From Thalia democratica (Eukaryota), in the NCBI GenBank assembly GCA_965202585.1, contig OZ241833.1, forward strand, positions 19,406,001-19,470,000: 64,000 nucleotides of DNA. Direction: 5' to 3'. Numbering within the stretch: the stretch's first letter is position 1; every line of letters starts with the position of its first letter. Made by a program: the position numbers and the translations under genes. The notes under the pieces are model-generated. The model was not told the origin of the DNA. It did no database searches and worked only from the letters and a program-made list of their open reading frames with translations. Shown piece by piece: positions 12,401 to 41,469 of the stretch.

Positions 12401-15400
12401 TAAGTTTTGTAACAACTTAATTTGTTTATTTATAAAAACGCTTAAGACTTTTAAGTTTTTAAAAAAGTATAAGACTTTATGAAAAGAAGTCTTGTCTACT
12501 AGAGCTCTCTAACTATTCTTTACTTATCTTATTTCTAAATGTTATTTTAAAAAATTCTAATAGTTTTACAATATACTTTTATCTACAAAAAATAAAGACT
12601 TTTATAGTTTTTTTTTTCTATCACTTTAAAAAACTGTTATTAGTGGTATATAGTAACCTATTTAAAGAACTCCACCTATTTTTTAAACTTAACTTGTATA
12701 CTGGGAGTAAAAGTTAACCTTTTTATTTTTGTTAACCGTTTATTATCAATTAAAAAAATACTTAGTCAATGTGTTATTTTAAAAAATTTTAAAGTACAAC
12801 ATTTTTATAGTTGTAAAGAAACAGTTCTTGAGAACGTATCTTGTTTGTAACTTTAAGTTCTATATGAACGTTAAATAAAAAAAAAACCCTCAATATACTA
12901 ACTTAAAAATTTAAGAACTTTTGATTAGCTGTATATAAAACACATGACTCTAAAATCTTTATTACTCTTTTAATACAAGTTTTTATAAAGCAACGAGTAT
13001 AAGGAAAAAAATAACTAAATAAACAAAACTGCTATCTTTTATATCTCTAAGATTTATTTTTTAAATCTGTTAATTTAACTTTTTCAATACTTTTTTTAAT
13101 GTTCTATCAAAAGGTGTCGTTTTTTTTTCAAGTTTTAAAAAGTTGTAGAGTATAAATTAAAAAAATTAAGTCAAAATCAAAGTTTTAAGTCTAAACGAAA
13201 TCTATATATTTTTAAAGTAATCAAAACAACGCAGTATACATTTATACAAGTATACAGTAAAACTATTTAAGCATAAAATCTTTCATTATCAACATTATTA
13301 TAAATTAGTTAAAAGACAAATAAAAGTAATTAGATTAAAACAAGAAAGCTAAAGATAGGTAAGCTTAAAATGACGTACAGACTTATAAATAGCTTTACTT
13401 TACAAAATTTATGTGTAAAAAATATATATTGTATGCGACTTTTCTTTAATTGTAACAAACAAGAAATATACGTATGTTTACTCTGACGCATAAGATATTT
13501 TTATTTCAAATTAATTTTGTTAAGACAAATTTAAACTCAATAACAGTCAGTTTCTATTTATAGGTTAAATGAAAACATGATTTTAAGACAAAAATTTTGT
13601 TACAGCATAATTTTTTATAAAACTCCAACTGAAATACTATCAATAGTTTCTTTAATAGGTTTTACTTTAACAAATGTACAATTTTTTTTTAGTTTTTAAG
13701 TTGGCTTTAGTTCTAACTAGCAGATTTTTTTTATATTACACTTAATAATTAAACAACAAAGTAAAAAAAAAAATTTAACAACTTAAACTAAATTATTCTG
13801 CCTAATTTTAAAATACTAGTTTAATTAAAAAAAGAAGTTTTTATTACAGAAGTTTTTTGAGTAGTTCAATTTTAACGACTTAATTTAAACTACTTAACTA
13901 AATTGTATAATGTACCGTCAAACATTTAATAGCTGTCAAAAAACATAGCTGTTTTATAAAAAACTTAAGACTACTAAGTTAACATCTAAGTTTTAGTTTT
14001 CAGTAAAAATGGATTTTTGTTTTGCCAAATTTTTTTGATTTAATTTTGTTATAAAACTTATTAATTGGACAATCAATAATAGTTTTTTAAATTTCACCAA
14101 AACTATTGTTGTTGTATTTTCATTCTAAAAAGACGTAACTTTAGACTATGAAAGTTTTAATTACCAAATGTTAACTTTTTTAGTTAAATTGTAGTAACTA
14201 TTGAATTCTTAAAACTTAGAGTTTCAGGGTTTTAATTACTACATATTTAATGCTATAACTACTGTAATTATTTTGTTAAACTGTGATTAAGAAAATGACT
14301 TGAGTTTAAAGTATAGTTTGCTAAAGTTTTTCTTTTATCGTAGTTTCTAGTACAGGTTTAAAATTAATGTAAACAATTTACTACCTACAGTTTATTTAGG
14401 TATAGTTAATCTTCTTTTTTTTAACTAAAAACTTTATTAACTATCTTTCAACATAACTAAAATATAGCACAAACTCAACTTATGATGGCTTAATTTACCT
14501 TAATAAAATCTGAATCGCAAAGATCAAGAAAAAAAAGTTTAAGTTGTCGCTTCTAAACTGAGTTTCAGTAAATAATACTCAAGACGAAAAATTTTTCGTT
14601 TAATTTCTTTGATCATGTTCTCAAAAGTTTACTTTAGAGGTTACGGTGATAAAAAGTTTGCCCATAAAAAAAAAACTTAAAGTAAAGTTACATGACTACT
14701 TGACAGTTTTAATAATTATTTTGGAGTTACTAACACTGGTTCACAAATAATTGATTTTTTCTTTAGACATGTAAATTATTATATCCTCTATTTTTGATAT
14801 TGCTCATTTCACACATTTTAGTAACTTCATATTAACTATGGTTTTTAACATAGATTGCCTTTAATTAAGTCTTACTTTTTCTAACTTGGTATATACTTTA
14901 AAAACCTAATAGTAAAATGATAAAATTAGCTTGTTGCTTTAGATCGAAATTTTAAGTTTTGCTTATATGTTTAGAAAGTTTATTCATCATTTCGTTTGAA
15001 AGGCTAAAAATTATTATTTGTTGTTTGCTTATAAGTATTTAAGGACTCATTTTCCATATGTTTCAAATTATACTATACTTGATAAAAAAAAAAACATTCT
15101 TCAATTGGTTTCCTATTCATCTGTTTAGTTTAATTTTCTTTATTCAGAAATATTTTATTGTTAAGATATTGTTTTTTTAATCATTTGGTTTTAGACTGTA
15201 CTCTGAATCATTAAATCTTTAAAAATCTTAATGAAAGAGGTGGAGATTAAAAAAAAATTAAACCTGTCATGTTTATACCATAAAAAGCTTTAATATATAA
15301 TTTAAGCATCCTACAGCTATAACTAACAAAATAGTTCTATTCAACTTGTTGCTTATGGAAAATTAATAAACATCTAATATGCTAACACAAAACTTTTATT

Positions 15401-15789
15401 CAAACACTTGTGGAGATAAGTTTAGTTCTACAAACCTTATTTATTATCTTTCAAAAAATTTCAATGAGTCAAGCTTATGTTTGACAATTTGTTTTTAAAT
15501 AATAATTCAATACTTAAAACCTTTTACTTTTTATTCAATTAAGAAGTTGATGACAAACTTTGTTTTATGTTGGATTACAGTTTATTTGTTTAGTGAAATA
15601 TTTTTGTCTAGAATTTAAGTTTGGCTAACTAAAAATGTAACAATGAGGTGTGTATAAACATAATTTTATCGAACGGAAAATTGTGTTCATCTTGAAACAA
15701 AATTTAGATTAAAACACAGTGTCTTAATTATGAAATCATTCATAAAAAATTTGCAAAAAACGTTTTAAAACAAATTTTTTATTACAATT

Positions 15790-16010
15790 TTCGCAGAAGC
15801 CAGCAATTTTTTCACTGCACAAGCAACGCGCAAGCGAAACGACGTGAAAAATAAGAAAATTTGCCTGTGTGACGTCACCAATAATCAATAACTGACGTAA
15901 CACTCGAGCCGGATCTTTTGTATTTATAACTGTTCGCTCACGTGACTTCCATTTAATTCGCAGCGACTTTTTTTTTTGCACTGCTGCGAAAGTTTTGACA
16001 ATTTTTTCAG
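15790..16010. promoter_or_regulatory. CpG-rich promoter/enhancer-like island
   Basis: TGACGTCA (15870-15877), CCAAT (15878-15882), TGACGTAA (15893-15900) and TCACGTGAC (15938-15946) within 80 bp, in otherwise very AT-rich DNA. Confidence 0.5.
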
Positions 16011-18380
16011 CGCATATTTAAATGTAATGCTGTATTTTGCTTAAATTGTGTTGCTGGTAATTGACTGATCATTACAAATATATTGTTCTGCTTAAATACA
16101 ATTTTAAAGTTCAACTAAAAGTTTTTTTAATATATTTTTGTACTTCTATACAAGCTTAATTAAGTAAACTGCTGTTTATTAAAAAAGTTTAAAACTGTTT
16201 TTAACTTTCAATTAGCACAATTATAGCTTTAATAAGAAATTAGCTTGCAAGCTCTGTTGGATTTACAACTATTTTTGCAAAACTTTTGCCAATTTAAAAA
16301 AATATATTAAAATAATAACAATGCATTGCATACTTTAGATAGTTTTGTATCGGTCAATTTTGTATATCCTTTTTTTGGATTTTAAGACAATCTGTTTAAC
16401 ACTTTTAAATAATAGATAAATAGAATATAAGACTTAACACTAGTAAAAATTTGTAAACTAACTCAAACACTAATTGCAAAAAATTTACTTTTATGAAAAC
16501 TATTCAAATTAGCATTATATACTTAATTAAATATATTCATCTTTTACTTACACATTAGAAAGGTACCAAACATATGTTTTAGTAACAAAGCTCTAAGCTA
16601 AACATATTGTATACATAGAGGTGTCTTTTTTTTAAAGCTTTTTTTAATTCTTAATTAACTTCTAACTCCTTGGTAAACTAATATTCTTAATCCAAGGCGC
16701 ACTTAGAATATTTTTTAGCGGATTCAATGAATTAAAATCATTTCAAAATTCTTAATCTCATCTAGCCACTTTAATTAACAGTTGAATTAATAAGTTAATA
16801 ATACAACATTAGTTTATTTATATCCTTACTTGTCTACTAACTACTTTTTTCAAACCCATTGAACAAACACAATATCAACAAATGCGTTACAGCTGTCATT
16901 TCAACTTTTATCTTTTCTTTGTGACTAACGACACAATGAACATAAGCTTGACAAATATTATTCTTAATATTTTTTATGAGTAAACATTTTTAATATCAAA
17001 AATAACATAATGGCTAGTCCGAAGTAAGTATAAAGTGTTAATAAAAATAAAATTCTAAACTATATAATAATATATCTGGAGAGTTAGAGTCTTCCATTTT
17101 TTTAGATAGTTTCAAACGTTGAATTAAAACTTTTTTCAACTTTAAAACGTATAAAAACAAACTATAAAAAAAAGTAAAATTTATTGTTTTAAGTGAAGAG
17201 AAAAATAATTTGCACAAAAAATTAAAAATAAAACATAAGACTGAACACAACCACAAAGAAACGACTATCAAAAACTACGCTAAAACAAAAAACTGTGCAG
17301 AACAGCATTTCCATGATTCAAATTTTAATTCAGTAAAAGAGATTTCCTTGAAAAATATATAGAACTTTTTATTATTTACAAGGTTTTAATAATTGTCAAA
17401 ACTCATAACAAAACATTATTCTCATTGAAGTTTATACAGAATCGGATTTTATTCAAAAACCTTCGTATGGTTTTCAGAGTGAGAAGCTTTGAGAACAAAA
17501 TTTGTTTGTGCTTAGCATCTTTTTTATTGAGACCACAACAAAAACGTGTGGCGTATCTGTTTTGGTTAATTTACAAAATATTCTGGCTGAATGGTCGCTA
17601 GGATGTCATAAGATGTATAACACTATAGACTACGCATGCAGCATAATTACAAAAGAAAAGTAGTTTTTTTCAGAAAAGATCCAAAAGACACGAAAAAATA
17701 TGGAAAATAAGTATTGACACGAAAAAAAGACAACTTCAAATTTTTACACAAATTGAAATCTGCTAACAAACAAAGCAAACGGTTTAACATTCGCTGGACT
17801 GTTTACATAAAATATTTAATTCAATTGTAATGATATACAAAACTTTTTTTTTTCTTTTCTAAAAAAGACAAATACAATGTTGAAGGACATTAAACACTTA
17901 ATATTTGCCTTCTGTGTCAATATTAATTTTAAGTAAACACAAAAAATTCTGGTATAATTTATGTTGAATTCAAAATTAAATCTAAAAAGAAAAAACTTTG
18001 CGTTTTCAAAAGTTTAGAAGAAAAAAATATAATTATACTTTGTGTATTTAGAGAAAATTCAATTTTTTTATTTTTAACTATTCAATGTTACAGCTGAAAA
18101 ATCACATACGTCTAAACTAAAGATCCGGGAAAAAAACGAACCTTTTAAAACTATAAAAATAACTATATAAATAAAAGTTATACATTTCAAAACAATTCAT
18201 AATCTCTTATAATATTGAACAAAATTGTAAACTTCCATAATAATTTTTAGTTTTAAATATTGCGTCTTAATAACCCGAAAAACCCACGCTTTGTAGCAAT
18301 TTAAATTGTTTTGAAGTTGTTGTGCTGGTATGTGGAATAGTATCATGATAGGGAAACAACCTCAATTTTCCCGCAATATT

Positions 18381-33326
<14,946 letters not shown>

Positions 33327-34984
33327 GATGATTCTTTAATATGCTATTTATCTTTTAATTAATAAAGCTGGATAAAATAAAACTTAGTTTGATTAAAAAT
33401 TTCTAGCAGTCTAAATAATTTATTAACATATTATTTTATAAACTTATAAAAATAACAACTAGGTTATAAATAATTAAAATAGTGACTATGAGATAGTTAA
33501 AAATATAAGTATATATTTAAAACTGTATAAAAAATAATCAAACAAACAATAATACAAAAATATTCATGACAAGTAATAAAAAATTAATGTTTGATCTTAA
33601 GACTAGCTACAGTTTTATTTAATTTCATCTTGTTTTCAACAACCATTATTTAATTAATTCACATTAAAGTTTATTTTTGTAATTAAATTGGCTAAACCTA
33701 TTAAACTAAACTAAACAATTAAGACTAGTTATAACATATAATTAAATTTTTAATAAAATTACAAAGTATTCTTTAGGTTTATTGATAACTGTTTTTACAG
33801 ATATGTGTCTTTGTATTCATAATAAATACTTCTTAATATCTAAGTTATCTATGTTAAGTATTATACACATTTGTTAAACATTTATGACATACTATAACTC
33901 TTAATGTGAACATAATTAAAAAAATAAATATAAATCTGTGTTAAATAATAAGCTTTAGAAAACTTATGAAAAAACAAAATTAGACAATGTTTTTAAGCAA
34001 AATGACTAGACCCATCAACAATTAAAAAACCTGTTACAGTGTGCAACAGATTGAAATTGAATAACCAAATCATGATAGTGTATCAATTAAATGCTTAGAA
34101 ACAAAAAATACTTCTTGAAATTTTAAGGTGTTTACAAAATTATAATAACAACACTTTTTGAAGAAGAGCATTGTAATCATACAAAAATAAAAACCTAGAA
34201 GCAAATTTTAAACTAACAACTTCAGTTTTGTATAACTCACTTTTTAAATTATTCACAATTTCTAAATATACATTTTAAAAACAGTTAATAAATTATCAAG
34301 CATTTAAAATCTTACAAAAAAAGTTTTTATAATTTTAATTTATTTTTAAATTTTATTTAATACTTTAAATACATATAACTTTCTATACTTTTTTAATTTT
34401 TCTAAGGAAATAAATGTTCCTAAATTAAAGGGATTTTCAAACTTATTTTCATACTTACTATCTTGGCAAAACACATAACTAAAAATGTTTAAATATTATT
34501 AAAAATACAATAACTATACAAATTTTATTTCAAAGTGTGACTTAGTTGCACAGAAGTTTTAATAATAGCATTGTAACAGAAGTTTCAAATATGCTTTGCT
34601 ACACAAGCTTTGTACCAATTGTATATTGCAATATTGAAACCTAACCCATTAAAAAAAGTAAATAATAACTTTAAAAATACTCATGGTTTTAATTAATAAA
34701 TTAATTGCAAGTACTTTTTCAAACAATTTTGTTGTGTATGTATTTTGTATTCAAATGTGAGTTTCAAAGATCTTATTTCAACTAATATTTTTCTATGCAA
34801 TTATTAGGACCCTTAAAAACACCATTAAAATTATTTTATTTAATAACTTTAAGTGCTTATTAGAACATTTTTAGAAAGCTATTTTTGAGTTTTCAGCTCA
34901 AAAAGTTTTTAAATATGACAAACATCACAAAATGACTCTGTGAAAAATTTTAGATGAGTCAAAGAAACTTTCATACTGGGAAAT

Positions 34985-35346
34985 TTTGATACTTTAAAAC
35001 AACCCCAATTTAAAAAACTGTATACAACCCAAAAATGCAACTTTTAGATTTAAGCTTGAAATTGTTTTAAGTGTAGCAATTATCAAAAAAACACATTGTA
35101 CAGAGTCTAGACCATTTTTAGAAAATTTGATGGAGGCACTTATTGATCTTATGTAATTTTTATCACTTATTCTAAACTTTCAGTTTTTTTTTCAAAAAAC
35201 TAAGAAGTGCCTTAGTGAAACATTCTTTAAATTAGCAAAAATTCTGCACAATGTTTTTTGTGATAATTTCCAATGTAAAACATTTAGCTAAAAACTCTAA
35301 GGTAACATTTTTTTGGTCCCATACAATTTGCATTGGGGTTGTTTTC
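34985..35346. repeat. Degenerate foldback element; related fragment at about 41925-42030
   Basis: aaaacaaccccaat...aaaaaacacattgtacagagt versus attctgcacaatgttttttg...attggggttgtttt. Confidence 0.65.
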
Positions 35347-37199
35347 AGAAAACCAAAGATTACTAGCAGTAAAGTCTCTATTTTTTGTATATGTGTCGAC
35401 AATGAGTTTCAATCTTTCAATCTCCAACTCAGAGAATTTTCAAAGCTGTCATTAGGACCCCTACACCATCAGACCACAAAGGTTTACTCAAATCATTTAA
35501 AACTTGACACAGGGTGTTTTTGTGCTATCTTCCACATGTAAAAAAATTTTTGAGGTAAAAACTAAAAGATGACCAAATGCATCCTAGTCTTTATAGATCT
35601 TAACAAGTTTTTGAGTTAATATTTCAACAAATTAAAATCCTCAATCAATTAGAAATGTGACTGAATGATTGGATGCTCAACAGCCAAAGATGCTGTGTGA
35701 TATAAAATATTTTTGAACTGACTGGTTTAATATGTGGCTGCAGTTCTAAGGTCGCTTCTAATTGGCTAATATTTTAGATTTTTATGATTTACATTATAAT
35801 CCCTTAAGTATTGTTATTGTTTCTCTTTTTTATGAAAACAGTTTTAATTTTTTTAATCAAATTTGTTGTAAATACTTAATTCTCTATAGTTTTTTTAGAT
35901 CTAGCTAGTATTTAACTTTAAAGTCTCAAAAAATCACAGTGACGATAATTATAAAAGTTGTGTTATCAATTATTATATTTTTTAAATACTTTATATGTTT
36001 AAACTACTTTAGTTGCAAACAACAAATGTTTTATTAAGTAAACAATAACAATTTAATTGTTTTTAAACTGATAAAAAATTGATTTATTCAATGCAGCATT
36101 TTAATAAACATCACATAACAATACTATACTTTGTTTTCAAATATCTAACTTTCTCTCATTACTTGACAGCTTTTTCCTTTAAAAGAGCAATTTAACTTGG
36201 TAGTTGTTAAAAACTTTAGTAAATACTTTAAATTATTCTTTTTAACAGTTTTAAGTTTATAATCATACTTATTAACTTATATTACACAAAAATTCTTAAT
36301 TTAAGCTATAAAATTTAAAGCTAATAACTATAACCATTTAAGAAAAAGTTCAATTCACAGCAATAAACGTGCATTGTAAATTAAAATGTTTTGATAAATA
36401 TTTTTTTTATACTTTTGCAAGCAGTTTATAACAAAAGTACTACTCTTTTAAAATAGTTTTAAAAACTAAAGTTTTTGTTTAGAATTGTGTTTTATTCCAA
36501 ATATGGATTAAAAATGCTCTTTACTAAAATATTTTTCTTAATTAAATTGACAGAATACTATAAAACTTAATGCTAATTTAATGTTTTTATATTCAAGTAT
36601 AAGAAGCTTATCTGCTATTTTCGTTTAGGAACACATTACTTTTTTTATGAAAAAAAACCTAATTTATAATCAATATTCTTTATCTTTTTTTTTCTGATCT
36701 TTTAGATAAAGTACATTTTTGTTATTTTGTTTTAAAAATATATAAGACTAAAGTCATACATAATTCTTAATTAAGCGTTAAAATAATTTTTTATTTGGAC
36801 TCATTTATAGTGCAATAAAATATTTGTCCATATTTTTGATAACTAAGTTTTTTTTACTTTAGTGAAAAAAAGTGCAATGTTTAAAATTGTTAAATAAGTT
36901 TTTCCTCTTTACAACTTTATATTTTGCATGCTTTAGATAAGTTTATAAACCATAGCAAAATAGCAATAAGTTTTTAGCATGCAATCAACTCTACTTAGTA
37001 TAAATGAAGTCTTTATAACTAGTTTATCAATTTTGTGTATGCTAAAGTAGTTTTAATTTGACACTTTAAAGTTTTCTAAATTCAAAAACAAACTAATAAA
37101 AATAAACTAAGTAAAACAAGTCTGCAATAAAACAAACAAATTATAAAAACAAGATTTTTAATAGCTATAACTATAAAAAACAAACAAAAATACAGAACT

Positions 37200-37320
37200 C
37201 ATCAGACTGTTTGTTGTCACTTTTATCAAGCCAACGCCCCTGCGCACCCGGATGTTTAAATCATAACAAATAAAATGGTCGCTTTATTTTTTCTGCTTGC
37301 GGCAAATTAAAAGAAGAGAG
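37200..37320 (-). promoter_or_regulatory. Candidate GNB promoter / first non-coding exon
   Basis: First CpG-rich patch upstream of the GNB ATG exon (aacgcccctgcgcacccgg, aaaatggtcgc, ttgcggc); based on position and composition only. Confidence 0.3.
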
Positions 37321-38269
37321 ATCTTAAACTTTAACTACTTAGTTATTACAAACTAATGGTAAGTTTAACTTCAGCTTTTACAAAAACAATAACATTTAAT
37401 AAAATATTTATAAAACTATAAAAATATTCTTTTTCAGGAATTTTAATTTAGATCGATGTAATAGAGATAAAAGTACAAATAACTAAACAGTAAGTTAAGA
37501 ATTTAAAGTATTTAAGTTTAAGAAAAACTTATTCATTTGCATTTTGACACTGTTTTATTTTTTTAAGTTGAAATGATTTTTAAAACTTTAATGATCTTTT
37601 ACGATAAACTTGTTTTAACAATATAGTTGTTTTTTTACTTTTTTTTTATTGCCTGTTCAAATAGGCAAGGTTTTCAAACTAAAATACTGCACTTATTTAG
37701 TCTTTGGTGATTCTGTTTTTTTTTTTAAGTATTTTCGTTGCTTCTAATAATTTTTATAAAATTTTTTTTGCATCTAAACCTAAAGTAATTGTTGATGTAA
37801 AAATATTACTAAAAACTACAAAATTTTTAAACATACGTTTTATGTTGTTCAAAAAATCCTTAAACATTTTTAGACAATGTAAGAGAAAATTTTAATTATG
37901 CTTACAATTTACACTAAATGTTTAATCTAACTTAACTTAAATAATTTAAACAACATACTTGAATTGTTAACCGAAATAAGACAAAAAAGTAAATGTATTT
38001 AAATTGAGAAAATTCAAAATACTATAAAATTGTGATTTATTTAATTGTTTTTAAAAACTTTTACATATCTTATTTGTAATTGTTGTAAGGTAAATGTTTA
38101 AAAAAAATTACAGTATTACAAAAACAAACTTACAGTTCAATATAAATTTTTAACCAGACTCTTTAAAACAAAGTATTTAAATTTTTTTTTTTATAAAGTC
38201 CCCTTTGATGAAAATAAAAAAGGTATCGCCCTTCAATTTGATTTCTCAAAAAACTAATCTTATGTACGT

Positions 38270-38629
38270 CTAAGACCTTGTATTTATTTTGCTCTTCATA
38301 ACCACATCCAGAATGTATGATGTAAGTTTCAAACTATAATTTTATTACACCCGCCCCTTTTGAAGCTTATGGCGAACCTAATTTTGTAAAATAGCCCACT
38401 ATGGAAAGTCATGATCTAGTGTAAGTTTTAAAATGTCTCGTAAAATCTAGTATAAGTTTAAAACTACCCTTAAATAAGACTAAATATTTTTTTGTTCTTC
38501 ATCATAAACTCCAAAATGTCTACTGCAAGTTTCAAATTATGGCCAGTTTATTAGTCACGGCACCCTTTGACCCCTTTGCGGCTTATGTCCCCCATAAATT
38601 TTTGTAATGGCGCTCTTTTTGAAACCCTG
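38270..38629. mobile_element. Two tandem degenerate copies related to the 43318 MITE family
   Basis: Shared 'gtaagtttcaaattat', 'cccctttg' and 3' end 'tttgaaaccctg' followed by atctagat. Confidence 0.6.
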
Positions 38630-39613
38630 ATCTAGATTATTACGTCATAGTAAAAAAATAGTTTTAATCGTACTGTTTAGTCCTTTTTTTGAAAAATTCT
38701 TTATTTAAAAACAATTCTGTTTGTTGGTTAGGACCTTTTTTATACTGAAATTTTAATTTGTAGGTCAGTAAACTGAGTAAACTTTTTTAGTTTTTGCTTA
38801 ATTTAGTTTCTTTTTTGTTTTGAACGTTTATATGATTAAAACTTTTAACATTTATATAATTTTTTTTTATAAACTAAACTATTTATTTTATTTGATGAGT
38901 TTGTCATACATCAATAATTATTTCCCAAAAAGGGACAATGTTGCCTACTGAGGTTTATCTTCATTAAAAGTTTTACTTACAGATGTTATTTCAAACAGTC
39001 ACACTCAATTTAAATGTCTAATATACTATTATGTTGCAAGTTTAAGTTTGTATTGTCCTTAAATGTCTTTGATTTTTAAGTTTATTTTCATAACTGCTTT
39101 GTGACTGATGATTTTTTTTTGATTTTTTAAAAAAATTTAAAATATTTAGTCTTATAAAAAAAACTTAAAAATAAATAAATCAAATATACAATATTTCTAC
39201 TATATTTAACTAAGTTGTATTGAAAAAAAAATACCTAAACTTAAACAGTTAAAACATTTTAACAATTTTCTAACAAACCTTTTGTATGTCGAAAAATTTA
39301 AGTCTACAAGTCAGTTGACAGGTATGGTAGAAAGCTTGAAAGTTTTGACAGTTATCCATCTTAATTTATCATTTTTGTTATCTTAAAAACTTAAGGTTGT
39401 TCAGTTTTTTAATCTTGTAATCTGTTTTGAAATATTAGTTTTAGCCAATAGTTAATGAATACGAACAATATTTCCTTAACTTAATGAGTTTAATGTTTTT
39501 TAAATTCATTTAGTCTAATAAGCTTTTAAATGGGAGACTACTTAAAAAACAAATAAAGAATGATAATTATAGATAATTCACTAATAAATATCATCAATAA
39601 ATTTTCAACTTTA

Positions 39614-39665
39614 TTAAACAAAACAATGTTTCACTCGTTTTAAGACGAGATCTTCAGTTGTTTAA
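39614..39665 (-). ncRNA. Identical hammerhead copy on the minus strand (other arm of the palindrome)
   Basis: Exact reverse complement of 39700-39751. Confidence 0.8.
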
Positions 39666-39699
39666 AATCTTATGTAATAAATTCTATTTGAATAAGATT

Positions 39700-39751
39700 T
39701 TAAACAACTGAAGATCTCGTCTTAAAACGAGTGAAACATTGTTTTGTTTAA
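39700..39751 (+). ncRNA. Minimal type-I hammerhead ribozyme (variant core)
   Basis: TTAAACAA CTGAAGA T CTCGT cttaaa ACGAG T GAA ACATTGT T TTGTTTAA: 8-bp stem I, 5-bp stem II. Confidence 0.8.
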
Positions 39752-40189
39752 TAAAATTGAAACTTTATTATTGCTCAATCTCCTTTTATTTTGTTTAAGT
39801 TGAGAACTTTAATTGCCACCTTTAAAGTATAAAGTACGCAATAAATATCATTGATAGTTTAATAATAACTTTATAAAGAAACTTAGATCATAATAAATAA
39901 AGGCTCTAACATTTTTTTAGATACTGACATCATTTTAAAATGTGTATTCTTAATAAGTACCATAAAAGTTATTATGTTCTTTAGCAAAAATGATTGTGCT
40001 ACCCTATTTTAAAAAGCCTAGACACGCCTATATAACATGAGTAATTTAGTTTCATTAAGAGATCATTGAATTAAGGTATGTTTTTATGGATATTAAGAAC
40101 TTGATATTTATAAAGATTAACTATAGTTTTTTGTTCTAGCTTTTGGTACACAATAACTAAGGTATATTATTAAGCATCATTAGACTTAC

Positions 40190-40304
40190 TAGTCCTGGAC
40201 ATGACGTTAAACTGTTCCGGTGCATCACTCGATAACCGAAAGGTTTTTTTCATGCACCAGGTCCTTAACCAAATTTTTTGAGTGTTTTTTGTCGTTCAAT
40301 AAAC
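40190..40304 (+). mobile_element. SINE-like dispersed repeat, copy 2
   Basis: tagtcctggacatgacgttaaactg...actcgataaccgaaagg...caccaggtcc...gtcgttcaataaac. Confidence 0.75.
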
Positions 40305-41049
40305 AATACTTAACATTTGGTATCACTGCAAATAAGTTTGTGACACTCTTATTATAAATTTCTTCTGATTTAACATTTAAAAATATTTTGAATAGAAATG
40401 AACCAATCACTGCACATCTAATTTAAGAAAACGAATTGATTACTAGAGCGTGAAAATTTAATTCTAAACAAACAAAGTTTTTACTTTTCAGTGCTCAATT
40501 GACATAGCAACAACTAGCACTTTGAAAACTCTGTTCCTCATTATGATACTCCACTAAAAACAGTTAAAAAGTTTGTTAATGTACTTTTATCAAGTACTGT
40601 TGTGAAATATTATTTAAAAAGTTCTTTAGATCATTTTATTTAGTTTTCATGAAGTCTATACTAATTTTTTTTTTCTTTGATGTGACACTGAGTCAAATGC
40701 TTTACGATTGTTGAATGTGTAAAAAAGTTAAAAAAAACAGTTTTAAGTAAGTTTAACTTGTCATTTATTATTAATTTTTTAAACATTGCATTGTTTTTTC
40801 TTTTCAGATTGTAATGTTGTGATGACTTTTTATTAAAGATTTTAGTTAATTTTTGACAATAGTTAAAATATATTGAATAGTTTTCAATTTTTAGTAAAAG
40901 TTAGATAGCTGCACTAATGCATTATAAGTTTGATGTTTTTATTTTAAACACATTTCTCAAGTTTATAGTTTTAAGTTGACATTATAGTTTTTGAATTAAA
41001 CATGAAATTTTACTTAAGATTAACCAAATATTAATCTAATATATTTAAA

Positions 41050-41469
41050 TATTTTCACACACTCAAGGAATTTTCAAGTTATAGAAAATCTCAGGGAAAC
41101 TCAGGGAATTTTGATTCTTTTTATTAATTTATGGAAACTCAGGGCAGTTTTGACTTTTTCTAAAAAGTTCAGGGAAATTTTAAGATTTTTAAAAAAATCT
41201 CAGAGAGAATAAATTTTTTACAGATCTAGAATGAGATTAAGTTAATCCTGTTTTAATATTTTGTTTAATAGAGTTAATTTTATTTATTTTTAAGTGCTTC
41301 GTTAGAATTTTTTTAGCCTTGCGGCTAGTTCTTCAATATTCCTAGAATTAACATTGTAACTTTTAAATGTACAATAAAATTGTTAAGGATTTGAAAAAAG
41401 CTCAGGAAAATTCAGGGAAGTTTAAGGTAACTCAGGAAAGATTTTTTGACTCAAAGAGTGGTAACCCTG
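41050..41469. mobile_element. Degenerate MITE with repeated CTCAGGGAA motifs
   Basis: At least 6 ctcaggga(a)-like units; right end gagtggtaaccctg resembles a CAGGGTT-type TIR; left TIR eroded. Confidence 0.6.

Larger units (their letters stand above)
39596..39769. repeat. Near-perfect palindrome (64-bp perfect arms, 18-nt spacer) made of two head-to-head hammerhead units
   Basis: 39610-39673 is the exact reverse complement of 39692-39755; extends to 78 bp with 2 mismatches. Confidence 0.95.

Noticed and set aside
15050-15115. Minus-strand TTGAAGA...TGAAACATATG hammerhead-like string
   Set aside because: C3 and U16.1 altered; no stem I or II pairing.
10204-16730. Peptide similarity LLRHIFDVPWLKSI (10204+) versus PLKNILSAPWIKNI (about 16700-)
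   Set aside because: Opposite strands, the second lacks a usable acceptor or start, and the match is too short to exclude chance.
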